Source of the DNA: Tubulanus polymorphus
Lineage: Eukaryota > Animalia > Nemertea
Direction of reading: 5' to 3'
Assembly: GCF_964204645.1 (NCBI RefSeq)
Contig: NC_134032.1
Span: 5,692,275 to 5,756,274 of the forward strand
Length of the DNA stretch: 64,000 nucleotides
Shown: positions 25,301 through 37,300 of the stretch, one piece after another
Numbering within the stretch: the stretch's first letter is position 1
Layout of the letters: every line of letters begins with the position of its first letter
Translations under genes and position numbers: made by a program
The notes under the pieces: generated by a model
The model's database searches: none
Told to the model about the DNA's origin: nothing
What the model saw: the letters and a program-made list of their open reading frames with translations, nothing else

Positions 25301-28300
25301 TTGCGCAAGGTTCGCAAAAAATTTCTTTTCCCAAATCGAGTGTATGAACTTGATATGCTAATTAGCCATGTGCTCGAATTGCAAATTCAATCAAATTGTA
25401 TTCTGCCAAAAAAAATGTTAAATCCAATTCGCTTTCCGAGAGTTAATGGTATGCTGCATGGAACAAAGTTGTTTTGAGATGGGTCTTGAAGCTATTGAGT
25501 CGAGAGATAACCATCTAGATAGTTCATGAGAGTTCCAAAGTTTTGAAGACGCTTCAAGGTAATGTCTTGATATTTGGTTTATACGTGTATCTACCCTAGA
25601 CACATCTTCAGGCCAAAAACTAGCCCTGTCAGATTCAAGATGGCCGACTGGCAGCCATTGTTGTTCGCCAAAATCAGCACTTTTTACACATTTTAGAAGT
25701 TTTCGAGGGAAATTTTGAAGACACTTTTATCAATAACCTTGATCATTCGTATGTATTTGTATCCCCCAAGGGCCCATCGGCATGAGAAAAATTGGGTCGA
25801 TCGGACTCAAGATGGCCGTCCTGTGACCTTTTTTGTTCCCAAAAATGTTAATTTTGGCCTGAATTCTGAGTCCTGTAGCTTTCTAATGGTGTGCCATTTT
25901 TCATTGCAATTTGTAATGGGTATTCTTTGGAAAAGGATCTTTTATATCCGAGAGGGTATTTTTGACCAGGCAATTATGACGCAATTGGCGGCCATCTTGG
26001 GGTCATCAGTACTCATTCATAGGTGGAAAAAAAGTTTTGCCACATCATTTTGATACTTAAGCATATTTTGCTACCATAATTAATTGGAAAGTTGTAGCTC
26101 ATGACATGTTCTATGATTGAGGTGAGTTTCAAGCTCATTGGTTTTTGTTTATGGCCACCAGGGGGCGTTGAACAATACAATAACTTAGTATTTCTATATT
26201 ACATTCGTACCTATGCATATTTTGCTACCACAATCAATTGGAAAGTTGTAGCTCATGACATGGTCTATGATTAAGGTGAGTTTCAAGCTCATTGGTTTTT
26301 GTATATGGCCACCAGGGGCGTTGAACAATACAATAACTTAGTATTTCTATATTACATTCGCTCCTGCTGTCTGTGTTAAAACACGATTGTACTATGTAAA
26401 TGACATTGAGCAGGGAGTGTATATTGATAAATATAACCCACAGATTACATCATTTATAAAAAGCAAATCTGACAGGCTGGCCATTGTGCCCCTTGGGGCT
26501 CTTGTTACATTATTACTATACAAATGGCATGGTTTCCAGAGTAAAGGCTCTTTGACTGTGCAACTGAGCATATATTCATACAAATCATTCATTATATCCA
26601 TTCTTCATCCCCTATGAAGCTGAATTTTGAAAGAGGGCCTCGTTGAAATCTACATGAGCTATTTCGCGAAAATATTATCGCAAAAGTGTTCACGTGAACC
26701 CGCGGTATCATCTAACGTTTTACTTCCGGGTTTGATTTTAAGATCTGAAATTGTATTTCAATATAGATTTCTGTGAAATCTTAGTTGATTTGTTTTTGGA
26801 AGGAATATTTTTATTTGCACTGCAGAAAATATCATTGACAATTGCGCATAGTCCGGGAAAAATAGCTTTACTCAAATCGGATGGATTACCTTGGTATGCT
26901 AATTAGCCATGCGCTCAAACTGCAAATTCAATCAAATTTTATTCTGCAAAAAAATATCAAATCAAATTCAATTATACTTTATTGAACAAGGTAAAACAGC
27001 AAATCCAAATCAATTTTTTTTTATTGAGCAAATTTTAGGAAATTCAATTCTATTCCGCATTCAAAGCAATAAGACCAAGGCAAACAATTTATCTGAGGTA
27101 TTTGTTCCTGCCAGCTCCAGTCGCTGTCTGTGCTACTTGTGAAAACACGATATTAGCCTGGGATTAGCTAAGTCTATGAGCTGGGAGTGGATTTGGACAA
27201 TTTTAACCCACAGAATGCATCATTTGCCATTTTATGAAAAGCTGACGGGCTAACCATAGTGCCCTCTGGGGCTCTTGTTAGAATTTCTTTCTTGTTACTT
27301 ATTCCAGGGAAGTAAACCGCATATTTTTAGCTTAGAACATCCAACTATTTAGATTCATTGGTTGTGAATTTAGTATTTTAGAATGTATTCGATATTATGC
27401 GGTATTTGATCTTCCATACTTCAGACTGAATGAGTCTCAGCACCTGTGTCTAATTGTAATAATAATAAATGTTTTCCAAGAAATTGGCAATGTTCCAATC
27501 ATTCATTATATCCATTCTTCATCCCCTATGAAGCTGAATTTTGAAAGAGGGCCTCGTTGAAATCTATATGAGCTATTTCGCGAAAATATTATCGCAAAAA
27601 TGTCTGTTTTAAAAAGCCAATCAAAAAGCAAAGACTCTTCTATGATTGGCTTAGCTGTAGAGATCAGCAGGTGTTCACATGAACCCGCGGTATCATCTAA
27701 CGTTTTACCTCCGGGTTTGATTTTAAGATCTGAAATTGTATTTCAATATAGATTTCTGTGAAATCTTAGTTGATTTGTTTTTGGAAGGAATATTTTTATT
27801 TGCACTACAGAAAATATCATTGACAATTGTGCATAGTCCGGGAAAAATAGCTTTTCTCAAATCGAATGGATTACCTTGGTATGCTAATTAGCCATGCGCT
27901 CAAACTGCAAATTCAATCAAATTTTATTCTGCAAAAAATATCAAATCAAATTCAATTATACTTTATTGAACAAGGTAAAACAGCATCATTTGCCATTTTA
28001 TGAAAAGCTGACGGGCTAACCATAGTGCCCCTTGGGGCTCTTGTTAGAATTTCTTTCTTGTTACTTATTCCAGGGAAGTAAACCGCATATTTTTAGCTTA
28101 GAACATCCAACTATTTAGATTCATTGGTTGTGAATTTAGTATTTTAGAATGTATTTGATATTATGCGGTATTTGATCTTCCATACTTACTTCAGACTGAA
28201 TGAGTCTCAGCACCTGTGTCTAATAGTAATAATAATAAATGTTTTCCGAAGAAATTGGCAATGTTCCAATCAGCTGTCAGCGAAGCTGGAAGTGCCACAC

Positions 28301-31300
28301 ATGTTGGCTGTTGCTACAGGATTCCGTTCATAGCGGGCCTTGCAATCGTTGAATTATCAAAGGGGAAATTCAAGCCTCAGCAATGGTTTTCAAAATCGAT
28401 TTCGGGGCTTCAGTTTAAAAAGTGTTGCGAATCTATAGATTTATGATTTTTTTGTAATAATGGGAATCTTGGCAACAGTGTGACGATGTTTAATGGCGAG
28501 ACATATAAATTGTATTGATTTCTTTTCACTGTTGTACGGAAGGTGTCTATTTTGAATCATTAGGGAAGACCCACTACCACAAATATCCATGATAAATCAC
28601 CATGCACTGAGTTGTGTGTGATATCGCAGAGATCGTGTCCATTGACGGATTTTGATAAATTTCTTGGTTCAAGGGGAAACATGTTAGGCTTTTTTAATCA
28701 CTTGGAGCACGGATCCCCTTTGAATTTATCATATCTAACTTTAAAACAAACTTTTTCCTGATATTTCTGTTTTGACATATGACTTATTTATGATCATTTG
28801 AAAGAGTAAGATTTTTCCTCATTGGAATTCAATCCATTCCGATTCCAATTTTCGTTCTTTATTTTTCTGCAGTCCATCAGTGATTTTACATGGAAAATAC
28901 TCAAAGAAGGAAGCTATGATCCCTTCCAATTTAATAGATCCGTGATCTTAGAAATCAATATATTTTATATAAGATTGTAAATTTTATTTTCTCCTTCAAC
29001 CTTTCATTTATGCTGGTATATGATATATGCTGGTGAAATCAGTAGGCCTACTCCAACCAATTTAAAGGGCCTTTGTACAGGCATTTGGTCACTGGCTCGA
29101 AAAAATTGCAAATTTCTTAAAAAGTTGCTGCAGTTGGCAGTGAATTTTACATGAGATAGTCAGTTAATGGCAATGAAATTCACTCTTCTCGCCTGATTTT
29201 CCTGTAAGAAGTGCTTACTTAGGTTTGAAAAATGTGTATTTAAGTGCTTATATTAAGTGCTCCTATAGCCTTACAACTATGAACCCTGTTTTGGCCTTTA
29301 GTCAAAGTCGGTCGAGACCCTGCTGTTTTACTAAAAACCTGAGAGCTAAAATGATTAATGATAACACTGTGTATATGAAATTGAGGGTCTTGCAAGGAAA
29401 AATTTTGATTTTGATGATTCAAGTAACCTTATATCATACTGAAAGTGATATTCATGTTTGACGTTTTTATTATGTGGTGGGGCATACTTTATTCACTTCA
29501 TCATCTTTCCCTGGGTCTGTTAGTCTGTCCATCTGTCCGCAGTGGTTTCCGTCCCCTCGCACCTTAACCTTTTGATAGATTTGATAGATCCTGAAATTCA
29601 AAGCTTGTGTTGTACTAAATGAGGTTAGTAACTGATTAGATTTTGGGCACTGTAGGTCCTATGTCAAGGTCACAGGAAGCCATTCTTAATTCACGTTTTC
29701 AGGCTCTTATCATAAGTGGTTTAAGATGACTTGATGTATTGGCCCACTCCGCGCTGTTGCGCCACCGCGCGGGATTTATGTGAAGCATCAGAAACAAACA
29801 TGGCCACCTTTTGAATTTTCACAGGCATAACATAACTAGATGATGTGATATGGCAATGTTAATAAACGATAATACCGCAATGAAGCTAGTCACGAACTGT
29901 CCCGATTGAGTGTACAGCGGCCAAAAACATTAGCGTAGTTACATTATTTGCTGTGAATTGCTGGCGAAACATAAAGCCTTAATGGCCGTTTACAAAAACA
30001 TTATAGCAATCGCATTTGAAAGATAATAATGATTTACAACTTAAGTTAGAATAATGGCCATTTTTAAAATTATATTACTAATTTATAGTCAATGCGGAAC
30101 GTTTGGTTTTGGAACAGTAATGAGGGGTGGTAGGTAGTCATTCAATTCAAGTCATCACATGTTACTTCCGTGTTGTTGAAAATCTTCTGAGAATGACGCA
30201 ACATTGGAACTGGCAATAAATGCCAATATCAGACATATTTTTTTGTACATATTCATAATTTATCCGCTATAAAGTGCCGACAAACAATTGCATGTTTACG
30301 ATCAGTTTGGCCGTGATAGATGCCTGGGGCGCAATTTTTTTTCATAAGAGAGTTTCCGCCTTATTGTTTGCAGTGCCCATGCTCCCCATTCTGTTTGTCA
30401 ACACAATCCACATGTGTGCACTACACTCGCTGTATCAGCGTTCCCGGCTCTCAACCTACAAACAAAACATTGTCAAATAGTCTAACGGAACCCGCCAACC
30501 TGGGCACCTTTTTTATGATTTTATATCTACATGATTAAATCAATTTCCACGTATGTCATTCATATATTTCAACTCATAAACTTTGGGAGGATTTGATTAA
30601 AAGAAATAGTCGTAAAGCCTTCAAATGAGCTGAAATGCGATCGGCCGCCCCGCTCGTGCTTGTAATGGAAAATTAGTATCTTGTACGATGATGACTGATC
30701 GAAAATAAAAGATGAAATCTAAATCATTTGATTCTTTCAAAGAAATGCGTTGGAAAATGTGGTTTGGAAATAAACTGAATTTTTTATTACCTTGTTTCAC
30801 ATATTGCCTCTCCCTGGGCTACACTAACTATGATCGTTGTGATATCTGTGCTGGCCACAAATGCACACAGATCACACTACACTACCCTATCAACACCCGA
30901 CTACCCTCGGCTTAGATATAACCATCCTATTATCTAGTGTGTTTCTTCGTGGGTGGAATTTTATGGATGGGTTAAATCCTAGAAACCACGAGGAACTGAT
31001 TATATTTCAGAGGGTCAAAGGTCAAGGTCACTGTTGCCGTTTTGTATTTTTAATTTCCGGGCTCTTAACTCATAAAGAGTTATCCTAGAGACTATGGGTA
31101 AAGGTCCCAGCACACGAAAGTTCAACACATTTAGCACAGAATATAGGGCCCCGCACACGAGCCGAAAACTGCACTTAGCATAGGGAGCTGTGGCAAGCAC
31201 GTATGCATTATACAACCATATTTATTGCATATCTGTACCATTAACTTGCGACTTTTATTGCCCTTATCAAATATATTTGAATATAAAGAAATTTTTGTTC

Positions 31301-34300
31301 ATATTTCATCTAAATCGGGATTGAAAGTCTTGCAAGGGGAAAAATGTGATTTTGATAACTTAAGGTCAAAGGTCAGCTGTTGAGTAAGATGCATGCACAT
31401 TCAGGGATGAAAATCCTCCGCCTATACACATTTAATAGCGCTTCGCGGGAAATCTATATTTAGAATCTGCAATCACGCGCTTCAAAGCATATAGCCTACG
31501 TGCTCAATAAAAGTAGTCATTGTTTTAATTCAGGCATTGTGCACTTGTCTTGAGTGGTATATAGGAAGATTATAGATTGGGGCCCCTCTTGGGACTCAAC
31601 TTTTTATTAATAAGTGCATTTAAATATGAACGAGTTCTAGTGATTTGTATATTGTCGGAGCCATCCATTTCATTTACTCATGACATAAACAATGAACGAT
31701 CCATTTCATTATTGTCTTATTTTGTCATTGGAAAATAGGCCTCAGCTGCACCAAATACTCCTCGAAATTTCAAAACTTACCAAACCCCGACCCCCGCCTC
31801 CCCCTTCTGTAAAAATCACCCTCACATGAACCGAAAACTAAGCATTTGCAAATATCGGCTGCATTTAATTGAGAGCACCATTGAACATCGTATCACAGTG
31901 AAAATGTTGCTATAGAAAACTCAATTGTTATTATTATCAATATTGTTCTAGTTATTAAACAGAACCCATTGAGTTAGATAGTCTTGTTACTGCTATTAAT
32001 AATAATGTTGATTATATTTAGTTATTTGTTGTATTTTAGCTGATAGCAGTGAGGAAGGCGAATCTAATGGTGGTTCGGCAGCAGGAGGAACAGGAACAGG
32101 AGGTGTGTCGGCTACGACTCCTCAGCTACATTCGTCGCAGTACGAATTGATGCAGATATCCGCCGTTCTACAACCGTATCCAGTAGACAGAGACTGCGAG
32201 TCACACGATGATACGTTCATAGGTAATTTCTCCTACGGCATCATCACTATACACAAGCTGCATCCATAGATCCCCCATGATATCCTTTTGTTCAACCTCA
32301 ATCTCCCGATGACATCATCAAATAAATCATAATACATGCTTTTCTATTAAGACGGATGCCTACATATATCCCCTATGACATCATCACTCCCTTTTTTAGG
32401 ATCAACTATGTTGATCTTTATAGAATGGTCCTGAGAGTAACTTTGTATTAGCTCTAGGCGGCACAAATTATGTATTATGTATTGTGTATTGTAGAGAATC
32501 AGTCGTGTTTAGTATGTATCGCTCGTCGTCTGCCGATCACAGAAAAATCAAACATGCTCGGAATCGATCAGTTCACTACAAAACAGGATCTCACTGGAAA
32601 AATAGTGGCTTGTGATACCAGGTAACCCTCACAGTAAACTCCCCTTACAGGATCCCCTTACCCTCGAATGTGAAACTGTCGGAAACACTTTGAGTACTGT
32701 TACTGCAGATACTGTGTAGAACCCTTACAGTACTCCCCTTAACTGCCGTTAGCCTAGGATAACCCTAACTGTCAGTACCCTGACTGTACCTTTATTACTG
32801 ATGCCCTAGCAGTACCCTTTCTGCTATGATCACCCTTAATGAGAGTCCTTACTGCTGATACCACTCTCACAGTACACTAATGGCCAGTACCCCTGTTGCT
32901 AGTACCCTTACTGCTATTACCCTTAACCCTTTCAGTGCGTCTACACCGCAGTGCGGCGTATGAATCAGTGATGGCTTTTGCTTGTACACTGCTCTGCGGT
33001 GTATTGATGTAATTAGTAATTAGTTTTTATCTCTATTGAAAGATGGCAGCACCAGTCAAACATAGTGAAATATTAGTAACTAACGATACACTGCACCGTG
33101 GTGTAGACGCACTATAGTAGTATTCCCGTTATTCAACACACTAGGGTGGAATTTTTCAAAATTTTCATTTCAAAATAATCTCCAGCGCTATAGGGTATTG
33201 ATTAGTCAGCACTAAAAGGGTTAACTTGCTGTAGGCGACTAGTCGACATCCTGACCTATCTCGTATTTAAAGTTTGTTTTTATGTCACAAGCGCCTTGCA
33301 GCGCATTGAGTCGATGTTCTTAACGCATAGCAACTGCCGATACTCGAGAATCCAAACCCGGAAGTAATTTCTCATTTTGATATTTTGAAGAATTTTGAAA
33401 TGTGGTAAATTTGACATTTTGATGAAGATTCAAATACTTAGACTGTAATAGAAGCATAATAAAGGTTTTAACGATAGATAGTAATCAGTAATCTACAGTA
33501 TCTTTATTTATGAATATCGACGATGTAACACAAAACTGTGAGTATTCTGACTTTCTATGGGGTCTTTTTGCGCTGGACCCCCAAAATTGACCCCACCTGT
33601 GGACCCCCTCTTCAAGTTTAATCTTTCAGCACTATATGGTGGCTATGATTATAAACTACTGCTTTGTAAAGTTTCGAAGCCCTATACACAATAGTTATGA
33701 GTTATGAGGATTTAATGAGATAATTTCATTGGGGTTAATTTAAGTACTCTCACTGCTACTACCACTCTGAGAGGACCCTTACTGCTGATACGCTGACAGA
33801 GCCCTTACTACTGGTACGCTGAACCCTTCCCAGTAAACTGAGCACTTGTCTAATCTGTTAATTTGCTTATGTGTTTTTATAGCGGGGTCTCCAATCATTA
33901 CAAGTATCCAAATTTCATCGATCAGAATATTCTAGAATTCTGTCACGTCAATGACAACCAATTACTCACTAAACATCATCAGGAAGGTATGTTCTACGTT
34001 TAAAAACTCCCCCTCTACTTTTAATCCCTCATGTGCTCATGTATGTATTAAATGTTTTGTAGTATTAAAGAACGGGTCGAATACTAGCGGAATTTATCGG
34101 TTCAAACTGCAGGGAAATCGTTTTGTTTTCGTACAAACGAAAAGTAAATTGTTCAATAATCAAATGACGAGTGAACCGGAGTTCATCATGTCGACTCATT
34201 CTATCATCAGGTACGTTACAATTCCAATGGAAAGTATAGAATCCCACGCTAAGAATGAGAATTCGAAATGTTTCTTCGGGCTGATGATTATTCAACGTTT

Positions 34301-37300
34301 TGATTACATCCCAATGACCATCTTCAGGAATACTGAATTTATATTGTCTATGTTATAAAAATTTCACCTGAAAAGAAAGTCCGAAATGTTTCCTTGAACT
34401 AGTAGTTTATTTGACATTTTGACCATATCCTAATAGTTATCTCCAGACGAACTGGGGTTATGAAATATAATCCAGAAAAAATAGACTTATTGAGTAATGA
34501 GATGATCATTGATGAATCACTGACCCTGTTGTAAAGCTAATGAATTGAAAATGAAAAATTGATTCTAGAATATTTCATTGAGTTAATAATTATTCAGTGT
34601 TTTGATTCTATCTTATAACTCATCTTAAACTAATTTATATTTCAACTTAATTTGAGGGGAAATCGTGTCAAAATTATGGTTGTAGGTATGGAAACATAGG
34701 AAACATATTTTAAACTTCAAATTATGGAGTCATTTTTGTCTGCAAGCCCAATCAAAGAGGACTTTTTGACAATCGTTTGATAGATTGTTTATGGTTAAAA
34801 ATAAATCTTTTAGTTCAGCTGTTGATCTGGCCTGGACCTATATCCGGTATGCACTATTAAAACTGAATAAGCGCGGCCCCCGGATGTCCTCTCAAGCAAT
34901 GTTGAAATAGACAATAGCGTGTGTTTTTATGATTTTTCGATTTTAATGAATATTGATTTTCAAATAAAACGTTATTTTCAGGGAATGCGATAACGATTTA
35001 GAATTGAAAGGTTCAGCGTCGACAAGTTTAATGAAATCGATCATCTACCGGTCGCAACATCGGCAGCAGCCGCGACAAACCCCGTCAACGTCGGCGTGTC
35101 CGCCCGGCAATGGATTACTGCCTAATACTATAGGTGGCGCCAGTATCAGTGCGTCTGCTACTTTGAAACTGGGTAAAGACGATTTGAATATCAACGATGT
35201 TTTGGATATGTTGCCGAAGTCGAGTTCCAGTGGTTGTTGGGACACGTTTTTATCTGGTGAGATGTTCGGCTTGACAAAGGCTACCTCTAGCGGCGGTTCA
35301 TCTGCGATTACAACGAATGCAATGCCATCGGCAGCTGCGCTTTCACAGATGACCTGGTCGAATCAGTTGCTGAAGGGTCAACAGTCAATCGGTCGTAACG
35401 CATCATCAACTGTCAGTCAACATCGACCACTCGCGTTAAATATACAAGGTCGGGGTTCAATCAGTCCCGGGTTTCAAAACCAGCGCAGCCCCGGGTACGT
35501 GTCCGCCGGGCAGCACAGCCCGGCGTATTCACCAAGTCCAAGCGTGGCGGCGCGTAGTCCAGGGGGTTGCGCTTCAACCGGTCCGCAACGCAGTCCAGCA
35601 GCATTCAATCAACCACAGTGGAGTCCGGGATTTGCGACAAACCAACGTAGTCCGGCCTCTGCAATGGGTCAAGGTCAAATGAGGAATATGGTATATCAGC
35701 AGCAGACGTCAAACCCGACTTCGACGACTCAAATAATTCCTCAAATTCCCCGTGAGTAAAAAACACGTTGTTTTCAGAGTCTTTTTGTAACCGCTTTTGA
35801 AGATAAAGTGTAGCCTAAAATAGCTTTTGTTTTTATGATCGATGATGTTACATGATTACATAATAATCTTAAGAAATTTTAGCTGCAATGAGTGATGGAT
35901 TACTGAAATATAAATGATTGAAAGTGTAAATTTGAAGGAGTTTTCATGTCGGGTAGTTCATTTGACACCCATGTGATGATGGTATAATAGGGGCTACATG
36001 CTGAATTCAAGCCAGCGCGAACTTCTAGCTTCTTATTGATATTCATGGTACTCATAGTTTCAGTTATCCCCGTCTATCTTCTATTTCCTGCTTTTTGCAC
36101 ATAGTACATATATCAGTATGGAGTAAAAGTCTCTGAGAGGCATGGGAAACTCTCCTGACTTATTATATTTAAATGATGACAGTTATGAAAATGATGATAA
36201 AACCAATACTTAACCCTTTCACTGAGAGCGCGACTGTTTATACCGTAATTTGCAGAAAAATCTATATTTTTCAAATTTTTCTATACTGATAATTTATGTT
36301 TTTATCGAAGATCATGGTATTTTATCATGAAAATCAGTGCAATTTTCGTCAAAAAGCCTTCACATAGCCCATGGGGCGGGATTGAGTGGGGGAGGGGCTG
36401 GAGTCTCGCATGCGTGTATTCACTGCTTGTGTGTACGTTAACGCTAATGGTCGATAGGTGAATGACGTTTCACAAACGTCATAGGAACAACACGTATCAC
36501 TCAAATGATATTTCCAAACCGTCATGCGTAGCGAAAGGGTTAATCATGAATTCAATGAGTGCATGAAGAAGGAACAAACCAATAAAACATGCACTGATGT
36601 GGTAATGTGTATACAGTGCACATTGTATTCACTGTGTAGCCCGTATGACATCACACGCATAGCAAATATCAGTAGGCGCTCAAAAATTCGGGAACCTGTT
36701 TTTTATTTTTCAAACCCATATATTTATTCAAGTTCAGTGTTTTTCGAAGAAATCACATTTTCTCATGGTATATGGTTTAGTTATCTATTGAATGAGATCA
36801 TAAGCATTTTGACGAGTAGGCTGCACTTAATCTTTAAGGGCAAACTTCGGTTTTCCTCTATTACTCTTGATGCTTGGCCAGAACTAATAATCGAACACAC
36901 TATAATAATTCAGTCTTCCATATTTAACAGTGTCGGCCATCTTGGAACTAGGTCTGAACTACAGTGACTGTGCTTAATCCGAGATATGCTGCTTTCGGGC
37001 TAAATTACAAACTAATTGACATTCACAAATATTTGACTAACTATGAAAACGGAAATTCGCAAAAAAAACCATGAACAGCCTATCAAGCGGTCTTTTCCTT
37101 GTCAAAAGTGTTTTATCTACAATTGTATTCCTAATTTTTGGAGAAAAATGTCCTTTTTGCCTATTTTTCACTGATTCCTAAATAAATGTCCATGTGCGAT
37201 AAAATGTTTTTGAAATCCATGGTATGATATCGTTGGTATGATTTCTGTACTATCATATAAGAAGTTGATGCCGATACCTTTGGTAGTGCAACATGTTTTC

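Noticed and set aside
27280-27320. Pseudo-exon copy of the 22726 exon (ttattccagggaagt vs ttataccaggaagt)
   Set aside because: Similarity beyond the shared TE tail is only about 14 nt, which is too little to distinguish from chance.
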